Below, piece after piece: positions 23,782 to 34,668 of a stretch of 64,000 nt of DNA (position 1 is the stretch's first letter; each line of letters begins with the position of its first letter). Origin of the DNA: Vitrella brassicaformis CCMP3155 (Eukaryota > Protista > Chromerida); assembly GCA_001179505.1 (NCBI GenBank), contig CDMY01000299.1:1-64000 (forward strand). The letters are read 5' to 3'. The notes beneath the pieces were generated by a model, which was given only the letters and a program-made list of their open reading frames with translations, made no database searches and was not told the DNA's origin. The position numbers and the translations under genes are program-made.

Positions 23782-24232
23782 GTGATGCATGTGATCGATG
23801 CGTGTGTGTGGTGGTCGATGACCACATGGTGTCGCTCTACGTGGTGTGGTTGTTGCTAAGGGGCGGGTGGCTGGGGGATATGTGGAGTGGGAAGGAAGCA
23901 ACGCCTTAAGATTGCTAGGCCGTGGCCGTTTCAAGGCATGGTACGGGCCTCTCATTTTTTCAGCTCTCATCAGGCAGGCTGCTTGGTCGCTGTGGTGTTG
24001 GGATTATTAAGTCGAATTTTCTCGTCTTACTTTGCCCTTACATGCGCCTGTGCCTTGGAGGGCCTGGTGGGGCTGATGTGCTGATGCGGTGTTGGTGTGT
24101 GTTTTTGTTGATTTGTGTGCTGTGTGCTTGGACAGCTGACTCAAAGGCGATGAATCAGATTGATAACCCATTGCAACAGAGTTGATTGGGAAACTTAAGC
24201 AAGAAGAGACAAAAAAACCATTAATCGCCACC

Positions 24233-24240
24233 TGCGAGCT
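24233..24240 (+). promoter_or_regulatory. TGCGAGCT candidate promoter element
   Basis: 31 nt before ATG 24272. Confidence 0.6.
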
Positions 24241-24271
24241 GGCGAAGTGAAAGGAGGTGTCTTCTGGGGTG

Positions 24272-27200
24272 ATGGCAGAGGAGCCTTCGTCGTTGATCTG
24301 GGCAGGCGCTGCTGTTTTCCTTCTGACGGCCGTCTCCATCAACCTCCTGCCTCACCTCTCACAGCAAGACGGTAAGGATCTCACCAACCAGAGGTGCAAG
24401 CAGGTCGACCGGGTGCTGATCTATGTTTCTGTGCAACAGGCGGCTCCCCCGACACCCATCCTCCCTCGAACGACACACGGCCTTCCCATCGCAGAACGGA
24501 TCTGGGCGTGGATCTGACAGGTCAGAGAAGACGGGAGCACACACACGCACACAGAGCACAGCACTTGGATGGCCAGGCAGCACGAGAGAGATGGCTGTCC
24601 ATCTTCCAATTCTGTTCATTGCGTGTTTGCAATATTAATTGGCGTCGTCTCCTGGCTGTTGGTGTCTGTGTGTGCTGCCGTCAGGTCTTCTGCGAGACTC
24701 AGTGCCGCGATGCAAGGTGTATCATGTGTTCGAGCCAGGCAGCAGCAGATGGATTGCCACGGCTGCCAACAGGGCTAGCGGCTGCTCCATGATGTGCCCA
24801 CTCCACTACCACTGCAATGTCAGTGACTTTGCTGGCCCGTTTGCGGATGGAAACGAGTGGCCCTACTATGCTGTGGATGACTGTCACTTCGCCGCTTCGC
24901 TGACATCTCTCCGATGCGGCGCATTCAGCCTCTTCCGGCCTCGATTCAGGTGAAAGGCCCGTCGATTGTGAGGGGCGTCTCGCCCATTGGTGGTGTTCTC
25001 TTGTGTTGGTCCGTGTCTGCCTGTCAGCCCTGATTGGAAGCAGCCGACCTACTGGAGTGCGGGCTCGTCCAGCTGGACCCCAAGGACAGATGTCGTCCCT
25101 GAGGTGTTTGCTGGCCATGCCTTGCTGCCAATCGACCCACAGCTGATCGACGTGGGTACTCTTTCTGGCTTGGTTGACACCTACGGCCGTCTTCTGGAGC
25201 TCATCCGAGACCACTCGGGCTCCTCTCGAGGCTTCCTCATCGGTGTCCCCTCTGCTTTTGTCGGGCTCTTCAACACCAACTCGGCTCTGCACCCTCTACA
25301 GACGGGCTTCAAGGCGACGTTCGCCCGCTTGTGGCAACAGGCGTACGGCGAGCCGCCTCCGAGGCAAGTAGATGATGTCCTGAAACGGCTGACCAAGGAG
25401 TGGCTTGCAGTGGCAAAAGACCTCTTCTTGTTGTACACCAAGGGCGGCATGAGCGACGTCAACAAAGCCCTCGTCCCAGCTGCCAAGCTGTCCTGGTGGA
25501 AGCAGCAGGCGTCCCAGCGGCACCGTCAGATCGCCCTGCTCTTCCGTCTGTTCTTTCGGTCGGACCTCACTCAGCTTGACCCGGTGCTCCCTCCCTGGCC
25601 AAAGCGCGTCGGCACCGCTCATCGCATCACGACCGCCTCGCGGGCTCTGATCGAGACCGCCTACCGGAAGGGCATGGCCGTCTCCTGGCCGGCATTCGCC
25701 TCCACCTCACTTTGCGAAGATGTTACGAGGGAATTTGATGGCGGCTTCGAAGAAGAGGAGACGACGGTCGGTTTCGAAGTCTTTCACGGGGTGGATTTCG
25801 AGTCAGGAGAGGGCGGCTTCACGTTCAACGTGCCGTGGGGGCTGGTGCACAAGAACGTCTTCTTCTCCATCCTCCTCCTCCGGTGTCACGAGCCGGAGAG
25901 TGCGTATACGTACGTGCCGCGACTGGTGCAGGGCGTCTCAACCTACGGAGAGGAGGAAGAGGTCCTCCTGCCGCCCCTCTTCCCCTTGACTGTCGTGCGT
26001 ATTGGGAAGGCGCCAGGTGATGCCGCCTGGTCCGTGTCTTTCTTTTGTTGACATTGATGGTTTGTGGCTGCAGGTGGAAAGTCAGGTTACACGTACGACA
26101 TCGGCCTGGGGACCAACTGCAGCGCAGCAACAAGCAGTGAGCAGAGAAGAGACGGATGAGATGGCAGTGGTTACCGATTTTTACTCTACTTTGTTTGTAT
26201 CCGTGTTTGTAGGTGTCTCTAAGCGTGTTGAGGTCAGACAAGCCCGTCAACGTGACCCATGCATCCCTCAGCGTCGAGCTGGCCGGCGGCGAGCTGCTGA
26301 GAATGATCGACCGCTTCGCTGCCGTCCCCGTACGCAACTCCACCGTGCTCACGACGGCAAGAGACCACCAGTCATCAGTCACAATACAGGTACGTCTGTC
26401 TGGTTGGCCGATGCATTGGTATCGGTGTGTTTCGTGTCTGTGTGTGTATCAGGTGTATGAGGGCGAGTATTCTAAGGGCAGCAACAACACGCTGGCTGGC
26501 GTGCTCGTGCTCTCAGACATCGAGCCGCAGCCGGCGGGGAGGCCGCAAATCACTGTAAGCGGGAAGGAGCGAAGAACTTACACCGGGAGAAGCGACCGCC
26601 ACACATGGTGTGACTGCATGTGCCCGTAGGTGTCGCTTGGCATCGACAGTGGTGGCACGCTGACGGTGTCTGCTGAAGAGATGGGCACGGTCAACCGGAG
26701 GGACATCATGATCGCCAGAGAGGATCACCCGATGGTCGTCAAGGTCGACACAAACGGCAAGAAGGCGCCTGTCGGCATCAGGAGCTGGCAGAGCTTCGGC
26801 AACATATTGGACACCTACCACACCAAAATGGGCCTCTCCCCAAGAACATACACGTGGGCACAATGAGGGAGGGATGGGTGACGTACCGACAGTCAGAGAG
26901 AGAGAGCCGAGGTCGCGTATCTATTCGTCCCGCCCTTCCTTCTGTGCTTGTTGTCAGATTCATGTTCAACGGCCGCCGCATTCGGAGACGCGACACTCCT
27001 TACCTGCTGGGTGTGAGGGACGGCGACATCATTGAAGCACGGCCATTCCAGGACACGCTGATCGGCCCAAGAAATCGCCTCTCATTGGCGACGACAACCG
27101 ACATCGGCCTGCGGTTGATAGGCGAGAAGGTGACGGTCGTTCCCAGAGGCACTTCCCTTCCAGCGACCAAGACCTACTTGACCATAACCTCAAGAGACGG

Positions 27201-28121
27201 CCAGACAGCAAGCCGTTTTGACGTGAGAGAGGTTTCCTGTGCGGGGCTCTTTGTTCGTATTCCTGTAAAGTGCGTGTGTTTTGTGCAGCCGTTCGAGGGC
27301 TACTACGATACGTACTACGACCGGCAACGGGAGAGGTTCACTCTCACAGGCCTCACACCGGCACCGAAGGGCACTACTCAAGTCGCGGTAGACAGACAGC
27401 TGCTGGGTCCATGGATGCATCCGTCCATTCACGTGTGTGCGTGGGGTGGCACCTTGTTTGTGCAATGCATGCAGGTGACATTCCAAATCGATCACAATGG
27501 TGCCATCACTGTGTCGGCTGAGGAGAAGGGGACGGATAACCGCGCCAACATCACCATGCCTAAGCTCGCCATGACAAAGCCCGCCCCCTTAAACCTCAAG
27601 GCCAGCGAAAGACACATAAAATGCACCAGTGAGACAGTCCCGTCGAGAGTTCGGATTGCTGCTGTGCAGGTTGTGTGCCAGGACGAGAGCAAGGAGCTCC
27701 ACCACACTGCAGAGTAATCGACATACATTGCGGCGCTCCTGGCACTTGCTGTGAGCCTGTCTGTCCGCAGAAAATGGACCAAGCGCATGAGTTATTTGAT
27801 ATATGCCTGGCAGAGGGAGTTTCGTTCAAATCCAAACACATACAGGTGCCAGTCGGACACACAGCCAGCCATCATCTGCCAGAGTTCCCTGTGTGTGACG
27901 TCTCACAGGTTTTTCTATCGCGGAGAGCCCGTGTATGGTGACGACACGACGGACAGCCTGGGCGTGATGGACGGAGACATCATCGAAGCCGTTCCTGAAG
28001 ACCGACCAATACGTAAGCACGGACAGGCAGACGCAGAGACGTGGATGAATGTTGTATTGATTTTGGTACAGTCCTTGCGGGTCGCTCATCCGCATGGCCG
28101 GCGATTGACAGATTGGGATAG
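24272..28121 (+). CDS. Multidomain protein: signal anchor - Cys-containing region - ADP-ribosyltransferase (R-S-ExE) - HSP70 SBD - SUMO-like - HSP70 SBD - SUMO-like
   Basis: ART: LYTKGG..VNKAL, AHRIT, WPAFASTSL, VSTYGEEEEVLLPP. SBD1: NVTHASLSVELAGG..TTARDHQSSVTIQVYEGE..PAGRPQITVSLGIDSGGTLTVSAEE. SLD1: FMFNGRRIRRRDTPYLLGVRDGDIIEA. SBD2: [30 protein letters not shown]. SLD2: FYRGEPVYGDDTTDSLGVMDGDIIEA. The frame is continuous through introns 25995-26073 and 26137-26212. Confidence 0.8.
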
Positions 28122-28586
28122 GATAGGACTGAACTGTACAGGTCGCAGGTGACAGGTAATAGGTGACATGTGATATCGGCAGCCGATAGGTAGCTAGGGA
28201 TGTGGCTTAGTAAATAGGTCGTGCATGCATTTATGCATTTGTCCTTTGCAGACGGTTTTTGTGTATGTACATACTTGTCTGTCTGTCCGTCTGTCTGTAT
28301 GTACGTATGTACGTATGTATGTAACTGTTGATGGATGGACGGATGAGCTGTGCGAAATGGAAAGAGGAGAACGGCGCGAAATGATCGACAGATGGCCGTG
28401 TGCGAGTCAAGACGCTCTGTTTGGCCGATGGAGACACTCACGAAAAGCAGTCGGGATACAGACAAGACAGACAGACAAGACAGACAAGACAGACAAGACA
28501 GACAAAGAGATTGAAGTCGGAACCCTAGCGGCCGTCTTCCGTTTTCTCTTGCGCAGCCTCGCCTCCCCCGAGAGTACCATGTGTAG

Positions 28587-28848
28587 TGGTCAATGTTGGC
28601 GATCCTAGCCCTGGCCGCACGGGCAACATTCTGGCAGAGACATTCGTGTATGCTGGGATCAGTGTAATTGCTCGAAGCGCTGTTGTGGCCCCTTTCATCA
28701 CTGCGTCCGAGAGGCTTAGAGCAACGCAGACATCTCCGCGGATGGAGACATCTCCGCGACTGGAGACATCTCTAGTACCGCGGGTACGCCTCCGCTCACA
28801 TCCTGCGCTGTACGCAAACCGCGGCTGCCTCTCGGTGTCAGCCACTAG
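28587..28848 (+). pseudogene. Orphan, frameshifted copy of the beta-repeat exon of the downstream fibre-like gene; contains an 18-nt tandem repeat at 28728-28780
   Basis: Phase-1 acceptor then VNVGDPSPGRTGNILAE.., like the exon LSVGDPDP..GRTGDIVAE. The DISADGDISATGDISS repeats are in a different frame. Confidence 0.5.
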
Positions 28849-28908
28849 CGGCCCTGAATTTACGAGGGTCGCTATATTTACGACGCGTTAACGGTCGCGT
28901 ACAGCACT

Positions 28909-29782
28909 TTGCCTGCCGAGCATCCTCTGTCAGCGGTCACTCTCCGCCTTTCGCTCGTCATCGCTGTGTGTTTCGCCCTCTACGCCCTACCCCGGGCTGA
29001 CGGCCAAGAATGCTCCAAAGCAACATGTAGGTGTACGCAGGCCACACACGGCACAGACAATCACCCAGACGACTTATTCGCCCTCGCGTGTGTGTGCTGT
29101 TCGTGCAGGCTTGATAGCTGGCAACCCGATTCAAGGGGTTGGTACAGGTGGGATAGCAGCTGAACGGCTAATCATTGCCGAAGGGGGTCTCTTGTTGGGG
29201 GGTGAGTGGGACCGCGAAGCCGACTTGCTTGTTGGTCATGGCAGGGCGCGGGTCCCCCGTGGGGAAGTTATTGCCAGAAGTAAGCAGCAAGGAGCGGCAG
29301 GTCCTTTTTCGTCACTGTGCTGCTGCCTTCATGCAGGCTTGATTGCTGGCGACACGTCTGGCGACACAGCGGCGAGTGTTGATCCCGGTGACGTGGCAGC
29401 TAGCAACAACGTTATTGTTCTTGGCGACGAAGTGCGGGCCACCCGTGCGGAAGTCAAAGCCAGAAGTAAGCAGCATGTTGCAGCAGGTCCTGTCGCCCGC
29501 TTCACTCTGCGTGTGCGCGTGTGTCGGTTTGTGTGTGTTTCCAGGCATGACCGTCGGTAGCCCTGACCGTAGAATCTTCGGGTCCGTTGCTGGCTTCGAT
29601 GGCAACATCGTGGCACAGAACTCCATAATTGCGAACAGGGTTCAGGCCCAACGGGATTTGCAAGTTGGTAATTCTCTATTTGGTAACTCTGTGTTTATTG
29701 ATGGTGACTCGGTGCGGGCCGAAAGTGCGGAAGTGAGAGCCAGAAGTAAGCAACGAAGAGCGGCAGGTCCTGTCGTCACTGC

Positions 29783-29818
<36 letters not shown>

Positions 29819-30585
29819 TGTGTGCGTGTGTCTTCCAGGCCTGTCTGTCGGCGATCCTGACCCTTTGCGCTTTACTACTGGCCGCACTGGCGACATCGTG
29901 GCAGAGAAAGGCGTGTTCGCCGATTGGATCCAGTCTTCGAATAGTCTTGCAGAGGGAGATATCACTGCATTCCGGACCGTTAGAGGAGTCCAAGGGTGCA
30001 GATGCGGCGGGCTGACCATTCCGGGGGACGTTGTTGAAGTGAGCGAAACCGACGACCAGCCGCCGTCATCCTTCGAAGAGTGGGGCGGGAGGAACCGATC
30101 AGCGGCGTACGAGGCGAGGCCTTCAGGCAGCTGCCTGTCCACACCAACCCACACAACAGGCTGACGCTGGCCGCCCAGGACGTCAGCCGCCTCTTCCCAT
30201 CGGCAGTGGGGACATTCGAAGACAATTATCAGCCGGAGGAGGGCGGCAAGGGGCGGCCGACGAAGCACACGACGATTGACCTGACCCAGCTGATCTTCAC
30301 GCAGATGTCCGTCATCCAAGACCTCCAAGCCCATGCCTCTGACCTCCAGGCCCGTGCGTCTGTCATCCCTGACCTCCAGGCCCGCATCGCCCGTCTGAAG
30401 AATGCGCTTGCCACACTCCCAGGTATCACGGCCATCATGCAGGACGCGCACGATAGCCAAACGAGCTCACGTGTGTGTCTGTCTGTGTCTCTGTGTGGCT
30501 TGTTGGTGTAGGCCAAGGCGGCAAGAGGGGCAAGGGCGCCGGTGGTCCACCCTCAGTTGTCGGCGGGAAGGGCGGCAAGAAGTGA
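28909..30585 (+). CDS. Secreted tail-fibre-like protein: signal peptide, degenerate Gly/Val/Ile beta-repeats, C-terminal peptidase-S74/intramolecular-chaperone-like domain with coiled coil
   Basis: Signal LSLVIAVCFALYALPRADG/QEC. Exons 29109-29279, 29337-29465, 29545-29745, 29839-~30106, 30160-30422, 30511-30585. LAAQDVSRLFPSAV..TIDLTQLIFTQMSVIQDLQA..LQARIARLKN resembles the S74 C-half. No in-frame ATG found, so the start is uncertain. Confidence 0.68.
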
Positions 30586-32032
30586 GATGTCTATCTGTGT
30601 GTGTGAGTGAGTGATGAGTGTCTCGGTGTCTCCTCGAGTACGTATATCTTGCCGTGTGAGCAAGTGCGCACTTGTATGGTATGGATCCTGTGGTGCGACA
30701 GGAACGTTCCTCTGCCCTGACTGACTGGAGAGAGGCGAATTAATGGAGAGGGCGGCCTGGCCTGGCGGGGTGCTCATCGGGAGTCTGTGTCTGTGACTGA
30801 TGCGTGTGCGTCGCCGTTGTTTATTTGTCCGTATGCGTGCGTTATTTGTCCGTCTCCGACACACATGCAAAGGATGCAGCTGTAGTGTGTGCACATGCGG
30901 ACAAAAAATAGCAACACGTTCTCACGTGCATCGGACTTCATTTGTGATTTTATTAGTGTGTTGTATGGTATGGCCTGGACCGTGTGGTGACGCTTTTCTT
31001 CGCTCTCACTTGAGAGAGAGGCGAGTCAGTGGAGGGGGGCCTGGCCTGCTGAGGGGCTCATATTATTTTATTTTGTTTTATTTTCGCCAATCCGATTAGA
31101 CTTTTCGTGTTTGTACAACGAACTGCCCCATCGGTCAACTGGTTGAGTGCGTGCCGTGTGCAAGTGTGACGGTCTCTCGTTCAATCCATCCCCCGTCTCC
31201 CTTGTACAGAATACACACACACACACACACACAGAGACACAGACACAGACACAGACAGAGAGACAGAGAGAGAGACATGTATCCACCTCACGTTGGGTGT
31301 CGCAGCGGCGTGGATGAAGAGGCAGTGGGGCAGCAAAGTGCAAGAGACAGTGGAAGGGTAGGCGTGGGGTCGGGGCTTCATGCTCACATACTGCTGCTGT
31401 CGCTGCTGGCTGTTTCTCTCTCAGCATGTTTGCGTCGTGTTGTGGCGAAGGCATGACACCCACACGAGGAGGGATTGACCTCGTCTCTCCCCTGCTGAGT
31501 GCCATGCTGCCGCCTGACGTATCACAACCGCCGCAAGACACATTGCTTTGCGCTGTGCATCGCTTCTCAACCGTTGGGGCGGGTGTGAGAGTCAGTGTCT
31601 CGATGAACTCGGTCGTTTGGTGATGGCGTCAGGAGGGGGCTGCTTGTGTACAGTGAGAGCCGGGCCAAATTGGTGGGTGTCTCTGTATGTGTCAAGCTGT
31701 TCATCTGTACGTGAGCCAGTCGGACACTCCAGTGACAGGCTTGCTATCTGCACCGAGTTGTGCGATGACGTCCGCCCACCCACACATCCACTCACAGACG
31801 TGGTTGTCCCCACACACAGACATGGTTGTCCATCTGTCGGTGTGGCTGGGAGGGTCTTTCCGGCTCACACTGCCTCAGTCAACGTGTCTGCGGGCTGACT
31901 GGCTGGTCAGCACGAGGAACCATCAACTCATGCAGAATGAAGCGGGAAGACGCCACTCGAAGAAGATCAGTCACAATATGACGTTTGCCACCTCAGTCAG
32001 TGACGGCACTCAACTGAGCCCTCAGCCTCTCA

Positions 32033-34302
32033 CTATTCATGGTAGTGAATGATGTGCCCCACCTTCTGCTGCATCTCCCTGATGTACTCCCCGCCAGTCA
32101 CCACGGCCACAGTGCTCACCACCAGCCACAACACAAACAGCTGGTTCCCCACACCCTTAGTCAACACCCAGTCGCCCCTCAGCACCTTGCGCCACGCCTC
32201 CTGCGCAGCGCCCACGGACCCCTTTGCCCAATCAGACACCCCTGCGGCCCACTCCCTGGTGGTCCTCCTCAGGTCGAGTGTCCTCCTGAGGTCAGGTCGG
32301 CTGTGGACGGACATCTGGCTGATGGCCCGTTTCTGGAACCGCTGTCTGCCGCCGAGGCTGTCGATTGCCTCCTGCAGTGCCGGCAGCCACGGCACCGGGT
32401 GCTCGGTCTCGTTCTCGTCGTCTGGGCCGTCGACGTCGCCGGGTGAGGGCGGCTCTCTCGCAGGCTCGGCTGCACCAACACCACACAGAACCACATGTGA
32501 CACGGCACATGATCAGTTCAAGGTGGTTGTGTGTGTTGGCTGTGTGATGGTCACTGACTGGATGTGAAGCTCCACAGGAAGCCGTTGAAGTGGTTGCAGT
32601 AGTCGGAGAGCCTCTCCAGGTGCCGCCGCAGCTCGTGCATCCGCTCGCCATAGGAGGGGTGCATCAGCGCCTCCCTGTCCTGCTCATGCATGTGGGCTGC
32701 GATGCTAGGCGACCGGTCCTGTCTATCGTGGCCAGACAGGGGGTGCCAGGGGTCGGTGGTCGCCGCGGCTGCCGCACTGAGGGACGGAGAGGGACAACGG
32801 CCGCCGTGGTTGGAAATGCAGACGTGCCTTCATCTGGTGCAGTGCGTGTGTTACCCTGGTGCGTCTCTGGTTGTTGCCTTGTGCGCGGCGAGTATGTTCT
32901 CCCAGGGCACCAGACGGGACGGCAGCGACAGCAGCACACTCGTGTAGGCGTACACCACAACATCCAACGTCAGCGGACTGCTCCCACGCACGCACAAAGG
33001 AAGCGGCATAGCGTCACGTCAATTGGCATCCATATTCACATTGTGGCTTACGCATCTCCGTAGAAGAAGTGTCTGCCTGCAGCTGCAGCAGCGGATGGGC
33101 CCGTTGCCGCAAGTGGCTTTGCCGGGTCGTCGAGGCGGTCCACGAGGGCCTTGCAGACGACGTGCAGCTTGTCCAGCACCTGAAGCAAGCCATGGTGGAC
33201 GCAAAACACATGGTGTGGTGTGGCGTGGTGTGTCGGATGGATGCGTCCAGGTACCTGTCTGAGTGAGAGGTGTCCGTGTTTCTGCTGCACTCGGGCCCGC
33301 TCGTATGCGCAGTAGGTGAGAGCGTTGAGGTAGGCCATCGACGTGAAGTAGATGGGCCGCATGAAGCCGCCGTACAATGGAGGATACAACCACAGCAGGT
33401 ACTCCTGACCACAGGCAGAGAGAGGAAGAGACGATTATTTATTTATTTATTTATTCATTTATTTATTTACGTGTGTGTGTGTGTCTGTGTGTGTGTGCTG
33501 TGTCGTTGGGTCACCAGGATAGCAGTGAATGCTTCAACGACCATTGATGTGTACACCACTGCGTCGCTCTGCAGTTCCCGCAGCTTCGAGTCGTCGTCAC
33601 CCGCCAGCCTCACAAACGCATCCTTGTCGATGTCGTGATGCTGCAAGCGGCAACGAGCGATAGAACGATACATTGCCATCAGTCAACCACCACGTCTGTG
33701 TTTCCGTCAAACCCACCTTTTTGATTCTCTTGAGCAGGTGGATGCCTCCCACCTGCACACAAGCTGATCTGCGCACCCGTAACAAGGCCTTCTCAGCTCA
33801 CCGGCTCATGGTTGATAAATGCGGCCGGGAAGGGTGTGTGGTCGAGGGCACTGCACGAGGGATATCCATACCGCCGCGCCGTGTTGGCGCTGCGAGAGGC
33901 GGTGGGTGCTGCCGGCGAGGTGCCGCTGCTGCACACCCATCGGACACGCAGACGGCCCAGCACGCAGTATGTCTTCAGAGCGATATAATCAGCATTCAGA
34001 AACCTGTTGGCAAACACGAAGCACGGGAGCCGAGTCAGGAAATGCAGCCTTGCTCTTTCTTTCGTGTGTTGTTTGATTGTTGCCTACACTTCTTCTGGTC
34101 CTCCAGTGGCGGTGGCCGGCTCCTCTCTGGCCTCCCTGTCGCCCCTCTGCCGCCTCATCCATGAGTCCAGCCAGTGCCCCACCCATCCCCAGGCGGCACC
34201 CATCCACGGCACTCGGTATGTCTGGAAGTAGTGGATGGCCAGCGGCCGGTGGGAGATGGACCACACCTCACCGCTGTCGAACAGAGGAGGGCTGTGAGCC
34301 AT
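32033..34302 (-). CDS. Metaxin-like (GST-fold SAM-complex) protein with C-terminal TM anchor
   Basis: FLNADYIALKTY, EYLLWLYPPLYGGFMRPIY, FFYGDAPLTLDVVVYAY (metaxin YFFGDxPTSLDA pattern) and C-terminal QLFVLWLVVSTVAVV. The last exon may instead end at 31993. Confidence 0.78.
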
Positions 34303-34424
34303 CTTCACTGCTGAGGTGTGTTTTAGCTGAGATCACTTGGACTGTATCAGCATGCCCTTCTCGTCCACACGAAGCTGAAAACAGTCAAAGATATCCATTC
34401 GCAACGGGGGGATCTGCAAGTGTG

Positions 34425-34432
34425 AGCTCGCA
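34425..34432 (-). promoter_or_regulatory. TGCGAGCT candidate promoter element
   Basis: 122 nt upstream of the metaxin-like ATG, same strand. Confidence 0.55.
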
Positions 34433-34668
34433 TCTCGAAGCAGGAGGAAGCAAAGTCGGGAAAGCGGCGGGAAGGGAGTGGAGGCCACACGGCACCATGC
34501 ACCAGCAGTGCCATCATCACTCGCTGTCTGGTGTTGGAGATCTCCGCAGCAGCGTCCCTCACCTCTCCTTCTCCTCTCCCCTGCGGTCACCCACAGTCAC
34601 AATGACTATCGGCCGCTCGACAGCCTGAGGACAAATCGACACCGACACCTTTGGGAGCTTCATAACAC

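Noticed and set aside
26016-26159. ART gene ending separately at ..SEQRRDG*
   Set aside because: This alternative phase-1 splice exists, but it would leave the SBD exons without a start. The phase-0 path restores the last ART strand and continues into the SBD. It still needs cDNA confirmation.
31276-31541. Possible small spliced gene (AAWMKRQWG.. / MFASCCGEG..)
   Set aside because: I could not build a consistent start-to-stop model or recognise a domain.
32876-32877. GC donor in the metaxin-like gene
   Set aside because: A downstream GT donor (gg|gtaaca) gives the correct phase.
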